Below, in pieces: positions 39,205-48,547 of a stretch of 64,000 nucleotides of DNA. The notes under the pieces were generated by a model, which saw only the letters and a program-made list of their open reading frames with translations, was not told the DNA's origin and made no database searches. The stretch lies in the NCBI GenBank assembly GCA_019057795.1, contig JAHLWS010000034.1:16057-80056 (forward strand), in the 5' to 3' direction. Position 1 is the stretch's first letter; each line of letters opens with the position of its first letter. Made by a program: the position numbers and the translations under genes. Origin of the DNA: Promethearchaeota archaeon. Lineage in GTDB: Archaea; Asgardarchaeota; Lokiarchaeia; Sigyniarchaeales; SOKP01.

Positions 39205-39944
39205 TGGAAAATAAGATTAATAGAAGCCTAACCTTAAAACGTCTCTGGTATTTATCTATTAAAAATCTAAAAACTATGCTACGTGATAGAGCTCAATTGG
39301 TATGGTTAATAGGTTATCCAATACTATTTATGGTTTTATATAAAGTTGCTTTAGGTGTAGGTGTCTATGAATTCATGGCACCTGCTCTTATCATTATAGG
39401 TCCAACAGTCGTTATCTCGCAATTGGCAGCACATTTTGCTGAAGAAAAAGAATTAGGCACTCTTCAGAGATTAATTACTACGCCAGCTTCCCGAAGTATA
39501 ATATTACTATCTGGATTATTCTCTCAGTTAATCGTGGCAGTAATTCAAATTATCATCTTAATCCTTGCCAGTTTATTATTAGGAGCTAAATTTGATCCAA
39601 ATGTTAATATAATCCTCTTATTTTTCATCCCATTTTTATTATCTTTCACATCACTTGGCTTTGGTTTACTTCTTGCATCATTTGTAAAAACTGCTGGTTC
39701 TGCTGGAGGTTTGGCTTGGTTTATTATATTACCCCTTCAATTTCTAGGTGGAATATTCGCTCACCCTCCAATTGTAGAATTCTTACCTACTACATTAGCA
39801 GTAGAAGCTTTACGCTCTGTAATGATAATGGGAAATGCAACTTTCGATGCAATTGGATTAAATTTAATTTTTGTAGGAGTTTGGGGGGTAGTAGTTATAA
39901 TTATTGGAATTTTATTATTTCAACGAAAAACTGCAATTTTGTAA
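39204..39944 (+). CDS. ABC-2 exporter permease
   Basis: EKELGTLQRLITTP motif, six TM segments, overlaps the ATPase stop. Confidence 0.92.
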   Translation: MENKINRSLTLKRLWYLSIKNLKTMLRDRAQLVWLIGYPILFMVLYKVALGVGVYEFMAPALIIIGPTVVISQLAAHFAEEKELGTLQRLITTPASRSIILLSGLFSQLIVAVIQIIILILASLLLGAKFDPNVNIILLFFIPFLLSFTSLGFGLLLASFVKTAGSAGGLAWFIILPLQFLGGIFAHPPIVEFLPTTLAVEALRSVMIMGNATFDAIGLNLIFVGVWGVVVIIIGILLFQRKTAIL

Positions 39945-40076
39945 TTTTTTTTTAATATTCTTATCCAATTTTTAAAGAATAAACTTTTAGTTATAAAACT
40001 TAACCATAAGAATTAATAATTTAAGAATGATAATAATTAAAATAGAAGAGTCTAAAATTATTGTTCGTGATTAATT

Positions 40077-41303
40077 ATGGATGCATCGAAGTATGTTTAT
40101 CTTGATTATGCCGCGACTACGCCAATGGATCCCCGTGTGATTGAAGAAGTTAATAAACATTTCAGAGAAACGTATGGAAATTCTTCGAGTCTACATTCGA
40201 TAGGTCAAAAAGCTGCTCAAACCTTAGTGAAATCTCGCCAAACTGTAGCGTCGTTAATTGACGTTCAGAGAGATGAGATATTTTTTACGTCTTCAGGGAC
40301 AGAAGCGGATAATCTGGCAATATTGGGCGTTGCGTTTAAAAATAAGAGCAGAGGAAATCATATTATTACTTCTGCAATAGAGCACCATGCTGTCGAAAAT
40401 GCATGTAAACAATTAGAAAAAAGAGGTTTTAAGGTAACTTTCCTACCTGTAGATAAATCTGGCTTAATTAATTTAAAAGAGTTAGAAGATACAATCACGG
40501 ACAAAACAATCCTTATCAGCGTAATGTTTGCAAACAACGAGATAGGAACTATTGAACCCATTAAAGAAATTGGAAAAATTGCTAAAAATCACGATATAAT
40601 TTTCCATACGGACGCTGTTCAAGCGTTTGGTAAAGTTCCAATTGATGTAGATGAGATGAATATAGATTTATTATCTGCTACTGCTCACAAGTTGTATGGG
40701 CCTAAAGGAGTTGGAATGCTATATATACGAAATAAAGGGATTAGAGATGGTTGGGGAAAGATCATTGAACCAATTATGTATGGCGGTGGTCACGAGCGAG
40801 ATATGAGGCCAAGCACAGTAAATATTCCCGGGATCGCGGGTTTTGCAAAAGCTGTGGAAATAGCTAAAGAAGAAATGCCAAAAGAAATTGAAAGGGAAAC
40901 TAAATTACGTGATAAGATTATACAAACTGTTCTTAATAATATTGAAGATTCGTATTTAAACGGACACAAATCTCAGCGATTACCTAATAATGTTAACCTG
41001 GGATTTAGATTTATCGAAGGAGAATCAATTGTTTTGGATTTAGATGGAGAAGGAATAGCTACATCCACGGGTTCAGCTTGTTCTTCAAAATCATTAGATC
41101 CTTCTCATGTATTAATAGCTATAGGTTTGAGACCAGAAGAAGCTCATGGTTCTTTAAGGGCTACAGTTGGGAGGTTTACTACGGAAGATGATGTAGATTA
41201 CTTCTTAGAAAAATTACCTCCAATTATAGAGAGACTTAGAAAAATGTCACCTCTTAAAAAGGGTGTTGAATATATGTTTGATAAGAATAACCATCACAAA
41301 TAA
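40077..41303 (+). CDS. iscS: cysteine desulfurase (IscS/NifS, group I)
   Basis: YLDYAATTP, HTDAVQ, TAHKLYGPKG, STGSACSS. Confidence 0.96.
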   Translation: MDASKYVYLDYAATTPMDPRVIEEVNKHFRETYGNSSSLHSIGQKAAQTLVKSRQTVASLIDVQRDEIFFTSSGTEADNLAILGVAFKNKSRGNHIITSAIEHHAVENACKQLEKRGFKVTFLPVDKSGLINLKELEDTITDKTILISVMFANNEIGTIEPIKEIGKIAKNHDIIFHTDAVQAFGKVPIDVDEMNIDLLSATAHKLYGPKGVGMLYIRNKGIRDGWGKIIEPIMYGGGHERDMRPSTVNIPGIAGFAKAVEIAKEEMPKEIERETKLRDKIIQTVLNNIEDSYLNGHKSQRLPNNVNLGFRFIEGESIVLDLDGEGIATSTGSACSSKSLDPSHVLIAIGLRPEEAHGSLRATVGRFTTEDDVDYFLEKLPPIIERLRKMSPLKKGVEYMFDKNNHHK

Positions 41304-41338
41304 TTGTTTATAATTTACTAGAAAGGTTAAATTTAAAA

Positions 41339-42001
41339 ATGGATGATCAAAAAAAGCTCGCAATTGTAATTTTAATAGGCGGAAAAAATATCCGCTTTGG
41401 AAACGAATCTGCTGCTGTTTTAGATGTACTCGGAAAACCGTTAATTTTACACCAAATAGAAACGCTTTCTAAATTTGACGAAGATGTTTTTTTGGTTGCT
41501 AACTCAGAATATCAGATTAATTCCTATTATAGGGAGATTAATTTTCCAAGAGACATTAACTTCATCGTTGACGATACAGAAATTATCGGGGATTCAAATG
41601 TAAGAACTCCAATGTTAGGTATATATTCTGGTTTTAAAGAATTGAATAATTTAGGTTTTGAAAAGGGTTTTCTTTTATCAGGTGATATGCCTTTGGTCAA
41701 ACCTGAAGTGATCGAATTATTGATTAAAGAAGTCGAAGGATACGATTGTTGTATTCCAAGATGGAATAATGGTTTTTTAGAGCCATTATTTGCTATATAT
41801 CCTGTTGAAAAAACATATGAACTTGCGAAAAAAACAATTCAAGAAAAAAATTATGCTTTAAATAGTATAATCAATAAGACTTGGAACATAAATTACATAT
41901 CAGTTGAGGAATCGATAAAGCCGTTAGATCAAAATTTAGTTGGCTTAATAAACATAAACGGACCAATCGATCTTGAGAAGGTAATCAAATTATACCAATA
42001 A
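41339..42001 (+). CDS. mobA: molybdenum cofactor guanylyltransferase (MobA-like)
   Basis: ILIGGKNIRFG, PMLGIYSG, GDMP, EPLFAIY, NINGPIDL. Confidence 0.75.
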   Translation: MDDQKKLAIVILIGGKNIRFGNESAAVLDVLGKPLILHQIETLSKFDEDVFLVANSEYQINSYYREINFPRDINFIVDDTEIIGDSNVRTPMLGIYSGFKELNNLGFEKGFLLSGDMPLVKPEVIELLIKEVEGYDCCIPRWNNGFLEPLFAIYPVEKTYELAKKTIQEKNYALNSIINKTWNINYISVEESIKPLDQNLVGLININGPIDLEKVIKLYQ

Positions 42002-42080
42002 CTTTAATAACTAAAAATTATCATTCTCTATTTTTTTTACATCTTAATTTTTCTCAATAAACCTTTTACTCTAAAAAAAA

Positions 42081-44504
42081 TTGTTTAACTTAATGGATAA
42101 AGAGGAATTTAAATTTTTAGATAAAACTATAGAGCTCGAAAAAAGAGAAGAATTAGATTCTTCTTACAAAATCAAATCTTATCATGATAAATTAAGATTA
42201 ATGGAAAGTAAGAAAATTCCTCAGAAACCTATTGAAGACGTCTTAAATGATTTGTTATTAAAAAATAGTTACATTTCTAAAAAGACTAAAGATTCGATAT
42301 CAAAAATAATATACTCTCCAAAAGATAGAATTATTGTAGTTACGACCCATTTGGGGCAGGATATCATTTGGAATAGAGGAAAACTAATTTATTCATACGG
42401 TTGGTTTTTTTTTGTTTCTAAACCTAAATCTAAGCAAAAATCCAGCAAGGCAAAAATGGGAAAGGATAAGAAAGAAGCTAAAAAAGAAGAAAAAACCATA
42501 AGTAGAGAAGACTATTCGTTTGAAGACTTAATAATTCCGCTAAAAGAAAAAGAAAACATGCGCTCGTTATATAACACCCAAGAATATTTTCAATATTTGA
42601 AACTTATCAAATCAAGTAATATCCCTCAAATGCCAATCAAAGAAGTTTTACATGATTTGTTGGTTGAAAATCAAGATATTCCCTTGAAAGAGAAGAAATC
42701 TATTGGAAAAGTTATTTATTACAAAAAGGAGAGGGTTATTGTTGTTAAATCTCTAATTGGGGATTCAATGTATGAAAATCTCAAGGGCTTAGTAAAAAAG
42801 TATGGCTGGTATTTCTATATCACTGGAGTTCCCGTAGGAGCAAGTCAAATTTCAGTAGCGATTGATAAGATCGAGAGAAAGTTTGATGCTAATTATTTTA
42901 AAAACATATCTATTTCTAGCGAAAATAAGGGCGAGAAAACTAGAGTAACCATTTATCCTATTGTACTTAAACCAAATCATAATTGTCACATCTTAGGATT
43001 AGGAAATCTCAATATATTATTAGATTGTGGTATTTCAGATTCAAAAAAAAAAGAAGTAAAAGAAGAGAAAGAAGATATAGAAGAGAAAGAAGATATAGAA
43101 GAAAAAGAAGAGAAAGAAGGGGAAGAAGAGGAAGAAGAAAAAGAAATTTATAAAAAACCTGACGATTCGATATATATCGAAGAATATTTGGCGAATTTAC
43201 CTCAATTAATTTTAGAAGAAGAAAAAAGACAAATAGAAAAAGAGGATATTGAAAAGGAATTAGCTTCTGAAAATATTCAAAGGCAAACATCGGTTATACC
43301 AAAAATAGATGCGATTTTTGTCTCACATAGTCATTACGACCATATTTCGGGTCTTAAGAAGTTAATACAGCTCAACCCCGAAGTACCTGTTCTTTGCTCA
43401 AGAATTACGTTAGATTTGTTCCTCTTAAGAGATTCAAACTTCTTAAAACAAGAAAATCACGAAGAGATCGACGATGAGGAATATCGAAATATTGTTAAAA
43501 ATGTTATTTATGTAGAAAATGGAGATAAAATAGAATTTAAAGATAGTGGATGTTTTTTATCGTTTTTTCATGCGGGTCATATGCCGGGAGCATTGATGGT
43601 ATTAGCAAAAGTTAATGATTTTAGGTTTTTATACACTGGTGACTATACATATTATGATATAACGCCATTTGCTGGGACTAAAAGATTTTTAGAACAAATT
43701 TCGCGTCCTATAGATTATCTCTTAATTGACGGAACCAGTGCCCATGAAGAGCATGGAGAGATATCCAATCAGTTTCATAGTTTAATTCTCTTCTTAGAAC
43801 AAAAAGCGGAATATGAAGATAATGTTTTAATTGGAGCAGACCCTTCAAGTTTAGCTATAAGCTTTATGCTGACGTTTTGGAGGTATTTCAGAAAGTTACA
43901 ATTAAGAAAAAAAGGTTTTACAAAACGCCCAAATATTTACGTAGATATGATGGTTAGAAAAAATATTCAAGTAATTAATCATAGATACGAATATATATAT
44001 GGCCCAATTTCACGATTAATAAAAAATAAAGCAAATCCTTTTAATAGCATTAAGTTTAGATGGTTTGAGCGCAACGATTTAGAGTTTTTACGGAAGAAGA
44101 ATAATATAATAATTTCTCACCCCCCAGATTTATCTTACGGCTTAATTAGAAATATTATCAATGTAGTTGGCCGTAATCCTCACAATTTAGTGTTTCTTGC
44201 AGGGGCTATTCACGAACAACCAGGAATGGATTTAATATCGGGCGGTAATATAATAGAGTTTTCCGAAACATGGAAAACACCGTTTAGGGCATTTTTAATT
44301 AATACTTTTATGCCTCAACTTAAAATCAAATTACACGCAGATAAGATACAGCTTGCTGAAATGATAAAAGTTCTTGAACCAAAAGAAGTATGCTTTTTCC
44401 ATCAGTCTCCAAGAAAACTTATTGAAGCAGTAGAATACGTAAAAGAGTTGGGTATAGAGAAAGTATCCTTACCTAAAAAAAGGAGATTATTGATTTTAAA
44501 CTAA
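42081..44504 (+). CDS. beta-CASP metallo-beta-lactamase ribonuclease with duplicated N-terminal degenerate KH-like domains
   Basis: LLDCG, SHSHYDH, AGHMPG, YTGD, LHAD, FFH motifs; two N-terminal repeats ending YGWF/YGWY. Confidence 0.85.
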   Translation: MFNLMDKEEFKFLDKTIELEKREELDSSYKIKSYHDKLRLMESKKIPQKPIEDVLNDLLLKNSYISKKTKDSISKIIYSPKDRIIVVTTHLGQDIIWNRGKLIYSYGWFFFVSKPKSKQKSSKAKMGKDKKEAKKEEKTISREDYSFEDLIIPLKEKENMRSLYNTQEYFQYLKLIKSSNIPQMPIKEVLHDLLVENQDIPLKEKKSIGKVIYYKKERVIVVKSLIGDSMYENLKGLVKKYGWYFYITGVPVGASQISVAIDKIERKFDANYFKNISISSENKGEKTRVTIYPIVLKPNHNCHILGLGNLNILLDCGISDSKKKEVKEEKEDIEEKEDIEEKEEKEGEEEEEEKEIYKKPDDSIYIEEYLANLPQLILEEEKRQIEKEDIEKELASENIQRQTSVIPKIDAIFVSHSHYDHISGLKKLIQLNPEVPVLCSRITLDLFLLRDSNFLKQENHEEIDDEEYRNIVKNVIYVENGDKIEFKDSGCFLSFFHAGHMPGALMVLAKVNDFRFLYTGDYTYYDITPFAGTKRFLEQISRPIDYLLIDGTSAHEEHGEISNQFHSLILFLEQKAEYEDNVLIGADPSSLAISFMLTFWRYFRKLQLRKKGFTKRPNIYVDMMVRKNIQVINHRYEYIYGPISRLIKNKANPFNSIKFRWFERNDLEFLRKKNNIIISHPPDLSYGLIRNIINVVGRNPHNLVFLAGAIHEQPGMDLISGGNIIEFSETWKTPFRAFLINTFMPQLKIKLHADKIQLAEMIKVLEPKEVCFFHQSPRKLIEAVEYVKELGIEKVSLPKKRRLLILN
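43062..43111 (+). repeat. 18-bp tandem repeat GAAGAGAAAGAAGATATA (two copies plus a partial) encoding an acidic insert
   Basis: Direct reading; encodes EEKEDIEEKEDIEEKEE. Confidence 0.8.
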
Positions 44505-44624
44505 ATTTAATAGTATTAATCTCGCAAAGTAGGATTTCTATATTTTAAAAGCAAAAATCATAAAAACTAAATTTGTCAATTTCTTTTCTAATATATTACA
44601 TATCAGTAGAAATGGTGGATTGAA

Positions 44625-45005
44625 ATTTATTCAGATAAAGTAATGGATCATTTTCGAAATCCGCGTAATATGGGCGAAATGAAAGATGCTGACGCAGTAG
44701 GAGAGGTAGGAAACCCCGTTTGTGGAGATCTCATGAATATCTATATTAAAGTAGAAGAAATGAATGGAGCAGAAATAATAAAAGATATTTCATTTCAAAC
44801 ATTCGGGTGTGCGGCTGCAATCGCAACTTCTTCCATGATAACGGAATTAGCCAAGGGTAAAACGCTTGATGATGCCATGAAGATATCTAGAAGCGATGTT
44901 GCTGATTCTTTAGACGGATTACCTCCAATTAAATTGCATTGTAGTAATTTAGCTGCTGATGGATTGCAAGATGCAATTAAGAAATATCGTGAAAGTAAAA
45001 AATAA
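44625..45005 (+). CDS. iscU: Fe-S scaffold protein IscU/NifU; probable ATT start at 44625
   Basis: (I)YSDKVMDHFRNPRN, GNPVCGD, FGCAAAIA, LPPIKLHCS; GGTGG SD at 44614-44618. Confidence 0.93.
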   Translation: MYSDKVMDHFRNPRNMGEMKDADAVGEVGNPVCGDLMNIYIKVEEMNGAEIIKDISFQTFGCAAAIATSSMITELAKGKTLDDAMKISRSDVADSLDGLPPIKLHCSNLAADGLQDAIKKYRESKK

Positions 45006-45258
45006 CAACTATTTAGTTAGATATCTATTAAATTATGGAATTAGAATTATCGTTTTAGTAGTCCCTTCACTTCTTGGATGTTATGTCGAAGAATACCTAA
45101 TTTTTGAAGTATAAATTTTAATGAATTTTTAAATTATAAACCTTTTAAAAGATCTCATTAAGAGTCTCGCTTAAACATGTCATTATTATTTCAAAATATA
45201 AGCAAAATGTATAATTAACTAAGTTGATAATGAAGAATTAAGAAAGTAGTGATGTAAA

Positions 45259-48200
45259 ATGGAAGCGAAAATAGATGAAAAAATGAAAATAAAGCTCAGC
45301 GGTATGACCTGCGCATCTTGTGCTTTAAAAATAGAAACCAAATTGAAGAATTTAGATGGAGTAAGTAGTTCAGTAGTAAATTTTGCGAGTGAAGAGGTCA
45401 CCGTTGAATTCAATTCAAGCATAACTAGTTATGCTGATTTTAATAAGGCGATAGGAGACTTAGGATATAAAGCTACACTAGCTAAAATAGATTATAAAGT
45501 AATTGATTCTATTCCTGAATCAGAGTTCAATGAATTGGTTAATGCCATTGAAAACATTGAGGGAATATATGAAGTGAGAGGGAATTTTAAAGCCAATAAG
45601 TTGTTTGTTGAATATAATGAATTACAACTTGATGAAAGTAAAATTTACTCAAAAGTTAAACAATTAGGCTATAAACTTGAAAAAACAGCAGGAGCACTTG
45701 ATAAAGAGATCGAAAGACATAAAAAAGAGATGAGATATCGATTAAGGATTTTAGTAATTGCATTAGCTTTTATGTTTGTTATTACTCCAATTAGTTGGTT
45801 CGTAGAGGAATCGTTCTCAAAGGATTTATTTTTGTTCATTTTAGCGATAGCTGACTTTAGTATTGCGGGATCTTTCTTTCTTATTGGTGCTTACAAATCT
45901 TTAAGAAATAAATCAACTAATATGGATGTATTGGTTGCCTTAGGAACAACAACAGCACTAGTATATTCGACATTGACAACATTTTTAATTGAGGGAAACA
46001 CATTTTACGAAGCAATGAGTATGATACTTGCATTCCTTTTAATTGGCAAGTATTTTGAACTCAAAACTAAAGGACAAACTTCAGAAGCAATCAAGAAACT
46101 TATTGGATTACAACCTAAAACAGCCACTCTTTTAAAAGACGGAAAAGAGATAGAAATCCCGATTGAAGAGATAGAGGTTGGAGACATCTTGGTTGTTCGA
46201 CCTGGTGAAAAAATTCCTATCGATGGAAAAGTAGTTAAAGGAAAAACAAAAGTTGACGAGTCAATGATTACCGGAGAAAGCAGGTATGTAAAGAAAAAAA
46301 TTGATAGCGAAGTAATTGGTGCAACTATGAATCAAACTGGGTTAATAAATATTGTAGCCGAAAAAATAGGGAAAGATACACTCTTATTTCAAATAATTAA
46401 TTTTGTAAAGGAAGCCCAGAGTAAAAAAGCGGCAAAACAACAATTAGCAGACACGGTTAGCAATTATTTTGTTCCTGCGGTTATCATTATTGCCACCGGA
46501 GCCTTCTTATTTTGGTATTTTATAGCAGGTATCGGATTGGAATTGTCTCTATTGGTTTTTACATCCGTTGTTGTGATTTCATGCCCATGTGCTCTCGGTC
46601 TAGCGATACCTACAGCAGTCATGGTTGGTACTGGTAAAGGTGCTGAAAATGGAATACTATTAAAAGGTGGTGATTCTTTAGAAGCGATTAGCAAGATTGA
46701 TACAATTGTCTTTGACAAAACGGGGACTTTAACCGTAGGAAAACCTAAAGTTTCAGCAATAATTACAGAAAAAGATTTAAAAGGGCAAGGTTATGATGTA
46801 GACGAGTTATTATTTTATGCAGGAAGCGCTGAAATGGGTTCTGAACACCCTCTTGGCCATGCTATTATCGAAGAAGCAAATCAAAAAGGATTAACTCTCG
46901 AAATTCCTACTGAATTCGATGCAGTACTCGGGAAAGGTATAAAAACCAACATCAAAAACAAAAGCGTATTGATAGGAAACGAAAAGTTAATGGCAGATAA
47001 TAATATTTCTATCGGATCGTATAAGGTTAAGTTCACTGAACTCCAGCAACAAGGAATAACGACTATTTTAATCAGCGTCGAAAATGAGATTAAAGGAATT
47101 ATCGGAATATCTGATAAAATAAAAGATCAAGCTCCATATGCGTTGGAAAAATTGCGAAAGGAAGGCTTAGAAATTTTTATGCTAACTGGAGATAACAAGC
47201 AAACAGCCTTAAGCATAGGCAAACAGTTAAAATTCGACGAACAGCATATTTTAGCGGAGGTTTTACCAAACGAAAAAGCTGAAACCATTCAGAAATTACA
47301 AGAATCAGAAGAAAATAAAGTTGTTGGCATGGTTGGAGATGGAATAAACGATGCTCCTGCTTTAGCTCAAGCAGATGTCGGAATTGCTATAGGTTCAGGC
47401 ACCGATATTGCTATGGAAACTGCAGATGTAATACTCATGAGGGGAGATCTTCGGAATGTGGTTTCTGCTATTAATCTATCTAAAAAAACTTATCGAAAAA
47501 TGATAACAAACTTGTTTTGGGCTTTTATATACAATATAATTGGAATTCCTATAGCTGCAGGAGTTCTGTATTATGTATCCGAATTCTTTTTACCTCCCTA
47601 TTTAGCTGCCGTTTTTATGGCATCTAGTTCTGTTTCAGTAGTTACTAATGCGCTTTTCTTGAAAAGATACGAGCCAAAAACACCGCAACAAATCGAAGAA
47701 GAAAGATTATTAATCTCCCAAGAAAAGGTTGTAGACCCAGTTTGTGGTATGGAAATTGATCCAAGACGCGCTTTAGAACATGAATATCAAGGAAAAATCT
47801 ATCACTTTTGCGGTCCGAATTGTGAAGCTCACTTTAAACAAGACCCTGAAAAGTTTAAGAATTACGATAACATGAACCCAAAGTTAATGCAAATGAAAAG
47901 CAGCGAAGAAGATTTAGTAATTGATCCTGTTTGCGGAATGAAGGGAAAACCCGAGGATTGGATTGAACACGAACATGATGGAGAGAAATATTATTTTTGT
48001 AACGAATCGTGTTTAGTTGAATTCAAGAAAGACCCTCACAAATATTTAAAATCTGAAAATGAGAAGGAAATTAAAGAAATTGATATAATAAAAGAAGATA
48101 ATGAGGTTGATAGAAAAATGGGAAAATTAAAATGTGCTGAATGTGGATTGGAGCAAGATTTACCTACGCATTGCGGTAAACCTATGCACAAAGAAGGCGA

Positions 48201-48285
48201 AGAGTTAGTTTGTTGGATGGGAGCGTCTTGTGGAGCTCAAAAAATCCCCGAACATCATGGTAAGCCGATGGAAATCATTGAATAA
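45259..48285 (+). CDS. copA: Cu(I)-translocating P1B-ATPase with HMA, two YHS/TRASH domains and a C-terminal Cys/His-rich domain
   Basis: GMTCASC, TGES, CPCALG, DKTGT, HP, GDGINDAP, YN, MASSS; two DPVCGM repeats. Confidence 0.96.
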   Translation: MEAKIDEKMKIKLSGMTCASCALKIETKLKNLDGVSSSVVNFASEEVTVEFNSSITSYADFNKAIGDLGYKATLAKIDYKVIDSIPESEFNELVNAIENIEGIYEVRGNFKANKLFVEYNELQLDESKIYSKVKQLGYKLEKTAGALDKEIERHKKEMRYRLRILVIALAFMFVITPISWFVEESFSKDLFLFILAIADFSIAGSFFLIGAYKSLRNKSTNMDVLVALGTTTALVYSTLTTFLIEGNTFYEAMSMILAFLLIGKYFELKTKGQTSEAIKKLIGLQPKTATLLKDGKEIEIPIEEIEVGDILVVRPGEKIPIDGKVVKGKTKVDESMITGESRYVKKKIDSEVIGATMNQTGLINIVAEKIGKDTLLFQIINFVKEAQSKKAAKQQLADTVSNYFVPAVIIIATGAFLFWYFIAGIGLELSLLVFTSVVVISCPCALGLAIPTAVMVGTGKGAENGILLKGGDSLEAISKIDTIVFDKTGTLTVGKPKVSAIITEKDLKGQGYDVDELLFYAGSAEMGSEHPLGHAIIEEANQKGLTLEIPTEFDAVLGKGIKTNIKNKSVLIGNEKLMADNNISIGSYKVKFTELQQQGITTILISVENEIKGIIGISDKIKDQAPYALEKLRKEGLEIFMLTGDNKQTALSIGKQLKFDEQHILAEVLPNEKAETIQKLQESEENKVVGMVGDGINDAPALAQADVGIAIGSGTDIAMETADVILMRGDLRNVVSAINLSKKTYRKMITNLFWAFIYNIIGIPIAAGVLYYVSEFFLPPYLAAVFMASSSVSVVTNALFLKRYEPKTPQQIEEERLLISQEKVVDPVCGMEIDPRRALEHEYQGKIYHFCGPNCEAHFKQDPEKFKNYDNMNPKLMQMKSSEEDLVIDPVCGMKGKPEDWIEHEHDGEKYYFCNESCLVEFKKDPHKYLKSENEKEIKEIDIIKEDNEVDRKMGKLKCAECGLEQDLPTHCGKPMHKEGEELVCWMGASCGAQKIPEHHGKPMEIIE

Positions 48286-48305
48286 ACCAAACCGAAAAAA
48301 GGTGA

Positions 48306-48494
48306 ATGTATAACATGGAAAACATGGAAATATACAAATGTAGTGGATGTGGAAAAGTAATTGAAACACTTCCTCAGTGTTGTGCCCAAGATATGGTTTT
48401 TAATGAAGAAAGAAACGAATTCGAGTGTTTTATGGGCGGAGACTGTGGATATGTAAGCCTATCTGAACTAAAATGTAAAGATTGTTGTAAATAA
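48306..48494 (+). CDS. small Cys-rich metal-binding protein related to the CopA C-terminal domain
   Basis: 9 Cys in 62 aa; KCSGCG..LPQCC..M...CFMGGDCG resembles KCAECG..LPTHC..M...CWMGASCG; GGTGA upstream. Confidence 0.7.
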   Translation: MYNMENMEIYKCSGCGKVIETLPQCCAQDMVFNEERNEFECFMGGDCGYVSLSELKCKDCCK

Positions 48495-48547
48495 TAAAAT
48501 CCTTATTAATTTTTTTTTCTATTCTATTTTTAAAAATATTCTATATT

